From: Candidatus Auribacterota bacterium
Lineage (GTDB): Bacteria; Auribacterota; UBA6266
Length of the DNA stretch: 21,115 bases
Direction of reading: 5' to 3'
Assembly (NCBI GenBank): GCA_023136205.1
Contig: JAGLRQ010000058.1
Span: 1 to 21,115 of the forward strand
How positions within the stretch are numbered: position 1 is the stretch's first letter; each line of letters begins with the position of its first letter. Made by a program: the position numbers and the translations under genes. The notes beneath the pieces were generated by a model. The model saw only the letters and a list, made by a program, of their open reading frames with translations. It had not been told where the DNA came from and ran no database searches. Below, piece by piece: positions 14,593-21,115 of the stretch.

Positions 14593-14973
14593 ATGGGTGA
14601 GCATAAAGAGAAAGAATTAATGACAGAAAGGGAAGTCAGGGAAATGATCAGGATTTCCCGGACAACATTGTGGAAACTGCGGAAAAACGAAGGTTTTCCC
14701 TTTACCAAAGTTGGGCGCCAGTATAGATATTCCAAAAAAGAGATTCTGGAATGGATGAAGGAAAGAAAGGGAAAGAAGATTGAAGTTAAGGCCGCTAAGC
14801 CGCGCCAAAACGCGTTGGCGGACAAGCCACGCCAAAATGTACCGGCGGGCAAGCCTGATAACATAGATAAAAAGGAGATAAGTAAGGAAATAGCTAAGGG
14901 GCCTTCACAGTTGCAGGGCCAGGAAAAAGGCTCTGCAAAGGAACCCGAAGGAACAACAAATGAAAAAAAATGA
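14593..14973 (+). CDS. Excisionase/AlpA-type (HTH_17, MerR-superfamily) DNA-binding protein with a low-complexity Lys/Pro tail
   Basis: LMTEREVREMIRISRTTLWKLRKNEGFPFTKVGRQYRYSKKEILEWM is a classic excisionase-type wHTH. The tail has three degenerate 9-aa repeats (KPRQNALAD / KPRQNVPAG / KPDNIDKKE). The start could be ATG 14620 instead. Confidence 0.7.
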   Translation: MGEHKEKELMTEREVREMIRISRTTLWKLRKNEGFPFTKVGRQYRYSKKEILEWMKERKGKKIEVKAAKPRQNALADKPRQNVPAGKPDNIDKKEISKEIAKGPSQLQGQEKGSAKEPEGTTNEKK

Positions 14974-16087
14974 GGTGGAAAAAGAAGTAACTGTTGCCTG
15001 TGCCGGTTCGTACAAGAGCAAAAAAGCCAGATGGAATGATTGGAAATGGCAAATTAAAAACAGGATTAATACTTTAGAAGAGATAAGCAAATATGTACAT
15101 TTGACAAAAGAAGAGAAAAAGGGGCTTGTTCTTACCGAACGATTAGCATTCGCGATAACACCATATTTCCTCAGTTTAATTGATCCGTTTGACCCTAATT
15201 GTCCTATAAGAAAGCAATGTATACCTACATCTAATGAAGGTGTTGCTACAGAATTTGATTACAACGATCCGTGTGCCGAGGAGAAAGATAGTCCTGTTCC
15301 CGGGCTTGTTCACAGATACCCCGACAGGGTTTTACTTCTGGTTACGGATGAATGCGCGACTTATTGCCGTCACTGTACAAGAAGAAGAACCACAGGCCAC
15401 GCTAAACATGTAATGACTTCCAAAATGCTTGAGAAAGTAATTAAATATCTTACGGATAATCCCGCAATAAGAGATGTCATAGTTTCTGGAGGAGATCCCT
15501 TAACTCTGTCTGATGAAAAACTTGAAATGATACTATCCAGTTTGAAAAAAGTTCCGACCGTTGAGGTTATAAGGATAGGGACAAGGGTTCCGATATTTCT
15601 ACCTATGAGAATTAGCGAATCTCTGGTTACAATGCTTAAAAAATATAATCCTGTTTGGATGAGCATTCATATAAATCATTCAAAAGAGATTACTGCTGAT
15701 GTTAAGAAAGCACTTGCCAGGCTTGCGGATGCCGGTATCGTTACGGGCAGCCAGACGGTTTTGCTAAAAGGAATAAATGATACGTCTGAAGCGATGAAAA
15801 AGCTTTGCCTGGAGGTTATGAAAAATCGTGTAAGGCCTTATTATATATATCAGTGCGACCCTGCCATAGGAACCTCGCATTTCAGGGCTTCAATAGAGAA
15901 AGGGATTGACATTGTTAGTAAATTAAGGGGTTTTATTAGCGGTTACGCGGTGCCGACTTATGTGATTGATGCCCCCGGCGGTGGAGGTAAAATACCGATT
16001 TCCCCGAAGTATGTAGTAGAAAAACAGGGCAAAAAATGGACTCTTAAAAATTTCCGGGATAAGCATTATGAGTACATTGAAACCTGA
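14960..16087 (+). CDS. kamA: KamA-family radical SAM/PLP aminomutase (lysine 2,3-aminomutase-like)
   Basis: CATYCRHCTRRR (CxxxCxxC), HRYPDRVLLLVT, YIYQCDP and VIDAPGGGGK. These include the PLP lysine and both Asp residues that, as I recall, correspond to the lysine-binding D293/D330 of clostridial LAM. It overlaps the HTH gene by 14 nt. Confidence 0.85.
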   Translation: MKKNEVEKEVTVACAGSYKSKKARWNDWKWQIKNRINTLEEISKYVHLTKEEKKGLVLTERLAFAITPYFLSLIDPFDPNCPIRKQCIPTSNEGVATEFDYNDPCAEEKDSPVPGLVHRYPDRVLLLVTDECATYCRHCTRRRTTGHAKHVMTSKMLEKVIKYLTDNPAIRDVIVSGGDPLTLSDEKLEMILSSLKKVPTVEVIRIGTRVPIFLPMRISESLVTMLKKYNPVWMSIHINHSKEITADVKKALARLADAGIVTGSQTVLLKGINDTSEAMKKLCLEVMKNRVRPYYIYQCDPAIGTSHFRASIEKGIDIVSKLRGFISGYAVPTYVIDAPGGGGKIPISPKYVVEKQGKKWTLKNFRDKHYEYIET

Positions 16088-16139
16088 TTCTTTTCCACTG
16101 CAATTATTTAAAAACTGATTAATCAATTCAATAACTCGT

Positions 16140-17144
16140 ATGAAAATAGGCATAACATATAATCTCAAAGATGATTTTGCTCTTTTAACCGGCGGCGCGG
16201 AAGATGCCCTGGAAGAGTTTGACAGTGAAAAAACAGTTGATGCTATTGTTTTCGCTATGACAAAGCTTGGATTTGATACGGCAAAACTTGGCGGCGGTGA
16301 AAAGGTTATAAGCAGAATAAAAAAAGAAAAACCGTCACTTGTTTTTAATATAGCAGAAGGGATTAACGGGAGATCGAGGGAAGCTCAAATTCCGGCTCTC
16401 CTGGAATTGCTGCAAATTCCGCATACTCATTCGGATCCTCTCACGCTTGCTTTAACTCTTGATAAATCTATGACCAATCAGGTTGTCCGGGCAAATGGAA
16501 TTCGAACACCTGACTTTGTTATAGTTTCCAGGATTTCCGATTTACAGAAAAGCAAATTACCTTCTTTCCCGTTAATTGTAAAACCCGCGTGGGATGGATC
16601 CAGTAAGGGTATAAGGTTTTCTTCAAAGGTTGATACTTTTGAAGCTCTGGAAAAACAGGTTTTGTGGGTTTTGGGCCACTATCCTGATCAGCAGGTTATA
16701 ATTGAAAATTTTATTGTCGGCAAGGAAGTAACTGTTGGTATTGTGGGTAATTATCCTCCAAAAATTCTGGGGATGATGGAAATCGGCCATAAAAATGGCA
16801 ATAAGGAAGATTTTATTTATTCGCTCGAAGTAAAAAGGGATTATAAAAAGCTTGTAGAATATACCTGCCCTCCGAGACTTGCGGAGGAAACTGTAAAAGA
16901 GCTTGAAAAAATGGCTTTGGCAGCATATGAGTGCCTGCAGTGCAAAGATATTGCGAGAATGGATTTCAGAATTGACAGCAGAGGTTTCGCGTATTTTATA
17001 GAGGTAAATCCGCTCCCCGGACTTTCCCCCGGATACAGTGATTTGATTATAATGTCGAAGAAGTATGGGATAAAATACGAAAATATAATAGCCGGAATAC
17101 TTGATAACGCGATAAAAAGGTATAGATTGGGAGAAAAGAATTGA
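16140..17144 (+). CDS. D-Ala-D-Ala-ligase-like ATP-grasp ligase 1
   Basis: MKIGITYNLKDD..., PLIVKPAWDGSSKGI, ARMDFRIDSRGFAYFIEVNPLPGL. No obvious SD. Confidence 0.75.
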   Translation: MKIGITYNLKDDFALLTGGAEDALEEFDSEKTVDAIVFAMTKLGFDTAKLGGGEKVISRIKKEKPSLVFNIAEGINGRSREAQIPALLELLQIPHTHSDPLTLALTLDKSMTNQVVRANGIRTPDFVIVSRISDLQKSKLPSFPLIVKPAWDGSSKGIRFSSKVDTFEALEKQVLWVLGHYPDQQVIIENFIVGKEVTVGIVGNYPPKILGMMEIGHKNGNKEDFIYSLEVKRDYKKLVEYTCPPRLAEETVKELEKMALAAYECLQCKDIARMDFRIDSRGFAYFIEVNPLPGLSPGYSDLIIMSKKYGIKYENIIAGILDNAIKRYRLGEKN

Positions 17145-18223
17145 AAGTCGCGCTTCTATACAATGACCCTGATCTCAAGGCGGACCTGGAACCCGGGATA
17201 ACCGACAGGTATATTCATAACCATATAATAGCTATTGAAGAATCGTTGAAGGAAAAAAATCATGAAATAATCAAGCTGGATGTAAAGAATGATGTTCAAA
17301 GGCTAATTTGCGATATACAGACTGATAAACCGGATGTAGTTGTTAATTTGTGTGAAAGTGTGTTTGGCCGGGCTGAATTTGAAATGAACGTGGTTGCTCT
17401 TCTCGAACTTTTAAAAGTCCCGTATACCGGTGCTTCTCCTATTGCGCTTGGTATTTGCCTGAACAAATATAATCACAGGCTGTTTCTTAAAGACATGAAA
17501 ATAAAATGTCCCGGTGCTGTAACAGTGAAAGGGGTACAGGATTTTAAATCTCTGGGAAAGTTAAAATTTCCTGTTATTGTAAAGCCTCTTTATGAGGACG
17601 GAAGTGCCGGCATATCGGAAAGAAATATCTTTTCGAGTCCACAGGAAGCTATGGAAAATTTTGAAAGGCTTTTGGGTGTTTTTTCAGAAGGCCTTCTTGC
17701 TGAGGAATATATTGACGGCAGGGAATTCAACTGTTTTTTAGTGAAAACAAAAAATGGCGTAAAATCTTTTCCGGTGTCAGAAATAAAATTTAGTTTTCCC
17801 GACAAGAGAAAATATAAGATAATCTCTTATGAAGCCAAGTGGAATCCTGAAAGCATAGAATATAAATCCACAATGCCTGTTTGTCCGGCCGAACTTTCAA
17901 AATCCCTTCTTAAAAAGATTCAGGATGTTTGCGTGAAGATTTTTAATGTTATGGTAAAAAAAGGATACGCGAGGGTTGATTTGAGAATGGATGAAAGAAA
18001 TAATCTTTATATTATTGATGTTAACCCAAATCCTGATATCAGCCCCGATGCGGGTGCGGTGAGACAAATGAAAGCCGGAGGATGGACTCATACAGATTTT
18101 GTTGAACAGATACTTGAAGAAGGTATTGAATATATGAAAAACCCGATTTTCAAACAGGTGTCTGCTGATAGTGTACACACTTCTGAATCCGGCAAGGATC
18201 TAAAAGTTACTGCCGCTGTTTAA
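17141..18223 (+). CDS. D-Ala-D-Ala-ligase-like ATP-grasp ligase 2
   Basis: TTG start overlapping the upstream stop (TTGA), with SD GGGAGAAAAG. MKVALLYNDPD..., PVIVKPLYEDGSAGI, ARVDLRMDERNNLYIIDVNPNPDI. Confidence 0.75.
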   Translation: MKVALLYNDPDLKADLEPGITDRYIHNHIIAIEESLKEKNHEIIKLDVKNDVQRLICDIQTDKPDVVVNLCESVFGRAEFEMNVVALLELLKVPYTGASPIALGICLNKYNHRLFLKDMKIKCPGAVTVKGVQDFKSLGKLKFPVIVKPLYEDGSAGISERNIFSSPQEAMENFERLLGVFSEGLLAEEYIDGREFNCFLVKTKNGVKSFPVSEIKFSFPDKRKYKIISYEAKWNPESIEYKSTMPVCPAELSKSLLKKIQDVCVKIFNVMVKKGYARVDLRMDERNNLYIIDVNPNPDISPDAGAVRQMKAGGWTHTDFVEQILEEGIEYMKNPIFKQVSADSVHTSESGKDLKVTAAV

Positions 18224-18228
18224 AGAGA

Positions 18229-19578
18229 TTAATACTTATACCTGCTTCCACCGATGAATTCCCTGATGAGAGAGTCAGATGGGATACATGAAAAATCCTC
18301 AATGCTTGAAAACGATTCAAGCAGCTGCTTTATCCTGGTTGCGCGCAGGTAGGCATCCTGTTTTGTAACGTTGTTTTTTAGTGTATTAATAAAGCCTTTT
18401 AAATTACGCGAGAGAAGATTTTTCATAACAGGAAGTTCATAGGGCATAGCGCTGTTAATAACATAGTCGGCAGTATTTACAAAAGGGATTATGTGGCGAA
18501 GTTCACTGCTTCTTACATAATGCCAGTGTTCTATGGTCATTTGAGGGTTGTAACTCCTGTATTTTGAGTCCCTGACCATTCTTCTCAGGAGCCTCAGGTC
18601 TGTCCAGCGGATAAATTCGTTGTTTTTGTCTTTCATCTGGAGGAGTGTTTCAATATAAAGGTTAAACTTATTGCTGCTGTCTATTGAACCGGTCATTTTT
18701 TTATGAAGGCCGTGCAGACTGTCTATGAGAATAATTTCTCCCGGGTTTAATTTCAGGGGTGAAGTTTTCTTTTCTCTTCTTCCGGTTTTAAAGTTATATG
18801 ACGGAACCGCAACCTCTTTCCCTGCTATAAGTTGATGGATATGCTTGTTTATCAACTCGAGATCAAGGGCTTCCGGAGTTTCAAAATCATAGTCGCCGTG
18901 TTCATCTTTCGGGTGCAATTTTAAATCATAGAAGTAATTATCGACATTCAGTGTAACAAAGTTTTTTTTGTTTTGTTTAAGTATCTCGCTTGTTTTTATA
19001 GTAGTCGTTGTTTTTCCGGATGATGAAGGCCCTGCTACGATAACGACCTTAAGATTATCTTCCATTTCAAGCATCATTTTTGCCGCTGTTTCAATCTCTT
19101 CCTGATATTTGTTTTCGGAGATTTCAACAAGCTGTGAGAATTTATCCTGTTTTATAATCTCATTTACCTTGCTTATTCTCTCGACGTTGTTATCAATGGC
19201 CCAATTGAGTATGTGATAAATCCGGTGATAAGGAACTTTATCAAACGGAACAACTGTCCGCTTTCCTTTTTCGAGCCGTTCCTTGATCCGGTCATATCTG
19301 TAGAGTATAAAGGCCTTTGCTGTTTTTGAATGGCCGCTTTCAATGAGTACTTCTTCCGTTATGTCTTGTATATCTTCCACGTTAGGAGGGTTGGCAGGGG
19401 AAAAACATTTATTGAGGATGTCTATAACCTTATTAGAAAGTTTTTCCGCGGTTTTTTTATTTCTGCCCCCCGTGGCAATCGCGGCTTTATAAATCGCGTT
19501 GAGTATTCTTTCCTGCGCGAAGGGAACAACAATACCTGAACGTTTGATAACTTTTGTAATTTTATTATCTTTATACAT
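18229..19578 (-). CDS. ATP-cone domain fused to a uridine kinase/phosphoribulokinase-family P-loop kinase
   Basis: N-terminal ATP-cone (KVIKRSGIVVPFAQERILNAIYKA...AKAFILYR). Walker A VAGPSSSGKTTTT. Confidence 0.75.
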   Translation of the reverse strand: MYKDNKITKVIKRSGIVVPFAQERILNAIYKAAIATGGRNKKTAEKLSNKVIDILNKCFSPANPPNVEDIQDITEEVLIESGHSKTAKAFILYRYDRIKERLEKGKRTVVPFDKVPYHRIYHILNWAIDNNVERISKVNEIIKQDKFSQLVEISENKYQEEIETAAKMMLEMEDNLKVVIVAGPSSSGKTTTTIKTSEILKQNKKNFVTLNVDNYFYDLKLHPKDEHGDYDFETPEALDLELINKHIHQLIAGKEVAVPSYNFKTGRREKKTSPLKLNPGEIILIDSLHGLHKKMTGSIDSSNKFNLYIETLLQMKDKNNEFIRWTDLRLLRRMVRDSKYRSYNPQMTIEHWHYVRSSELRHIIPFVNTADYVINSAMPYELPVMKNLLSRNLKGFINTLKNNVTKQDAYLRATRIKQLLESFSSIEDFSCIPSDSLIREFIGGSRYKY

Positions 19579-19667
19579 GCCTAGTATCTCGTATCTAATC
19601 CCCTTCGAGGAGGCTATGCTTCGCTTCGCACTATCTCGTAAATTGACTAGATACTATTTACAGTTCA

Positions 19668-20168
19668 CTATTCACTGCTTCTTATATCCTTACGGTATAT
19701 TATTTTATCATCATTTTTATCATAGAATGATTTTATACATGCTTCTTTGTGGTATCCGCATGAAGTATAAAATTTTCTGGCGGAAAGATAATTTGTTTTA
19801 GAAGATGTTTCTATGAATATTGAACGGCCTTTGTGCTTCTTTATATCTTTTTCCATGCGTTCCATCAATTTTTTTCCGCTGCCGATTTTTCTGAATTTCT
19901 TATGAGTTGCTATCCAGTAAAGGTCATAACAGCCTTTTGTTAGATCTATCCAGCCGTAGATTATGAACCCGGTGATATTTTTGCCGGATTCGGCTATGTA
20001 TATTATGTAATCACTCTGGTTTTTATTTTTTAGCGCGTAGTCGATTAGTTCAAGAGCGCATACCTTTTCTTCATTTTTAAAATTTTGGATTCCGGTTATA
20101 AGAGATTTTAATCCGGGGAAATCAGATTTTCCCAGTTTTCTTATTTTAATTGAGATTAAGTTTTTCAT
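19668..20168 (-). CDS. GNAT-family N-acetyltransferase
   Basis: Acetyl-CoA motif A region WIATHKKFRKIGSGKKLMERM. C-terminal ARKFYTSCGY. Confidence 0.8.
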   Translation of the reverse strand: MKNLISIKIRKLGKSDFPGLKSLITGIQNFKNEEKVCALELIDYALKNKNQSDYIIYIAESGKNITGFIIYGWIDLTKGCYDLYWIATHKKFRKIGSGKKLMERMEKDIKKHKGRSIFIETSSKTNYLSARKFYTSCGYHKEACIKSFYDKNDDKIIYRKDIRSSE

Positions 20169-20217
20169 AGAGATTTACAGGATACTTTTTACTTTTATTC
20201 TCTAAGTATAACAAAAA

Positions 20218-20252
20218 AGAAGAAAAGCGCATTATGAAATGCGCTTTCTTCT
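20218..20252 (-). terminator. Rho-independent terminator after the SYLF gene
   Basis: AGAAGAAAAGCGCATT / AATGCGCTTTCTTCT forms a ~15-bp stem with one bulged A and a 4-nt loop. On the minus strand it is followed by TTTTT. Confidence 0.7.
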
Positions 20253-20276
20253 GAATATTCCCGATATCCCTTTTTA

Positions 20277-20945
20277 TCAATTTAAAGCATTGATAAGTTT
20301 TTTACCTTCAGGTGTCGGTGAAACTTTTTTGTCTATAACGATTTCTATCGCGGTTAATGGTTTTCCATAGAGTGTTTTGTTATCTTTTTTATCCTGTGCT
20401 ATAACTGCTCCATCAAGCGCGACTCCTATAAAAGCGCCTTTTGTCCTTGAATAACTTAGTATCGGTGTTTGCAGCAGTATATCGGTGGAGATTTCAGCGT
20501 TTCTCCCGACAGGGCCCGCGGCAACAGCAGCATCTACTCCGAGGGTTACATTGTGCCTGAGCAGCATGTCGAGGCCTTTTCTGGATGTTGTGACAAGGAC
20601 AATATCTGATGCCTGTGCCCCGATCTGGAATCCGAAGCTTATTCCTCCAATTCCAACAAACGCGGGAGCTGACCATTCTCCGGTTTCTTTGTCATGTGAA
20701 AGAACAACGCCGGTTCCGCCTCTTCCTCCCAAGATAAATCCGCCCTTAATAGTGTTAGGGAATATAGCTATGCCGGTACATTGATCCAGGAGATCTGCGG
20801 GGATACCGTCTTCAGGCATGTCGAGCAGTTCTTGAATAACAGTGGCGCAGTTTTCCAGTTTCTTATTAACTCTTCCCTCCGGGTCTGCCGAAAAGCAGGC
20901 TGTGGAGAGGGAGAAAATAAGAAACAGTGATAAAAGTAACTTCAT
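20277..20945 (-). CDS. SYLF (Ysc84/DUF500) lipid-binding domain lipoprotein
   Basis: Signal/lipobox-like MKLLLSLFLIFSLSTAC. GIAIFPNTIKGGFILGGRGGTGVVL...GGISFGFQIGAQASDIVLV is typical of the SYLF domain. Confidence 0.8.
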   Translation of the reverse strand: MKLLLSLFLIFSLSTACFSADPEGRVNKKLENCATVIQELLDMPEDGIPADLLDQCTGIAIFPNTIKGGFILGGRGGTGVVLSHDKETGEWSAPAFVGIGGISFGFQIGAQASDIVLVTTSRKGLDMLLRHNVTLGVDAAVAAGPVGRNAEISTDILLQTPILSYSRTKGAFIGVALDGAVIAQDKKDNKTLYGKPLTAIEIVIDKKVSPTPEGKKLINALN

Positions 20946-21115
20946 ATTACCTCCTCCATTTTTGCGGTACGATTCAAGTGATTTATAAACTACTGCATCA
21001 AATTCTACGCTATAATAGGCTGTTTTTCAAGTAGATAATTGGTGAGAAATACGGCTTGATACTTTATAATAAACTTCAAGATAATTTTGAAACGGAGGAA
21101 GTCGCGAATGGCAAA

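Noticed and set aside
14963-14970. A8 run as a programmed frameshift site fusing the HTH protein to KamA
   Set aside because: KamA has its own ATG and a full-length family-typical N-terminus. There is no downstream stimulatory structure or slippery heptamer context. Kept only as a low-interest slippage note.
18224-18228. Convergent genes (ATP-grasp 2 and the ATP-cone kinase) separated by only 5 bp with no terminator
   Set aside because: Tight convergent packing is common in compact genomes. There is nothing further to interpret from the sequence.
19616-19801. + strand ATG with a perfect GAGGAGG SD (19608-19614) opening a 61-aa aromatic/hydrophobic ORF antisense to the GNAT 3' end (a possible small toxin-like peptide)
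   Set aside because: The GGAGG is simply the complement of the CCUCC in the kinase leader. The ORF overlaps a well-supported GNAT gene and has shadow-frame composition. It is worth a glance only if Ribo-seq data exist.
19668-20168. GNAT as the AblB partner of KamA (N-epsilon-acetyl-beta-lysine pathway)
   Set aside because: It is on the opposite strand and separated from kamA by two ligase genes and the kinase gene. It has its own terminator context. AblB normally follows AblA directly. It cannot be excluded biochemically, but the synteny does not support it.
1482-20784. Many 60-100-aa ORFs in the track that lie antisense to or inside larger genes (1482..1715, 1906..2097, 4679..4900, 4777..4968, 5069..5290, 5390..5581, 6767..6955, 6980..7174, 7162..7368, 7676..7879, 7946..8152, 8175..8450, 8727..9017, 10651..10848, 13021..13203, 13756..13962, 14574..14864, 14617..14835, 14905..15090, 15370..15666, 15923..16168, 17590..17805, 17897..18178, 19330..19539, 20485..20784, 20494..20676)
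   Set aside because: Each overlaps a longer ORF that has recognisable family motifs. None has its own SD or recognisable motifs. Their compositions are typical of shadow frames in AT-rich DNA.
21093-21115. GGAGGA followed by ATGGCAAA at the right edge (possible start of a + strand gene at 21107)
   Set aside because: Only three codons are visible, so no call can be supported.
1-21115. Search by eye for CRISPR arrays, tRNA/tmRNA/rRNA genes and tRNA-linked att sites
   Set aside because: I found no regularly spaced repeat-spacer pattern and no cloverleaf-like GC-rich 70-90-nt segment in any intergenic gap. The only repeat families are those reported at 290-528, 2197-2269, 14399-14466 and 19582-19656.

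Overview
AT-rich by eye (no count made). The window looks like it comes from an uncultivated diderm bacterium, because LpxL-like, HldD and OmpA-type envelope genes are present. I saw no rRNA, tRNA or CRISPR array.

Layout:
(1) 1-3308 is an accessory-looking islet. It holds the N-terminal fragment of an IS1182-like transposase running off the left edge, several direct, tandem and structured repeats, an orphan soluble histidine kinase translationally coupled to a membrane-anchored receiver with no output domain, and a separate membrane-anchored PD-(D/E)xK-like nuclease.
(2) 3309-5368 is a minus-strand housekeeping operon: Nudix hydrolase, methyltransferase, AEC transporter.
(3) 5499-6314 holds a secreted protein and a small Lys-rich protein, convergent on a shared hairpin.
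(4) 6549-14246 is one long co-directional plus-strand block closed by a strong terminator. It contains an OmpA/LysM protein, two tandem paralogous radical SAM enzymes with N-terminal Cys ribbons (Tes/GDGT-MAS/MJ0619-like architecture), an LpxL-family acyltransferase, HldD, SpeH, SpeE and a second divergent AdoMetDC-fold paralog.
(5) 14491-18223 has a consensus sigma70 promoter, then an excisionase-type HTH protein, a KamA-type lysine 2,3-aminomutase and two Ddl-like ATP-grasp ligases.
(6) 18229-20945 (minus strand) has an ATP-cone/uridine-kinase-family fusion, a GNAT and a SYLF-domain lipoprotein.

Best candidates for something undescribed:
- the IS-adjacent kinase / TM-receiver / TM-nuclease module (Detocs-like logic, different build);
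- the tandem Tes-like radical SAM pair embedded in envelope and polyamine genes;
- the KamA plus double ATP-grasp operon.

All functional calls rest on motif recognition by eye. No database search was possible.
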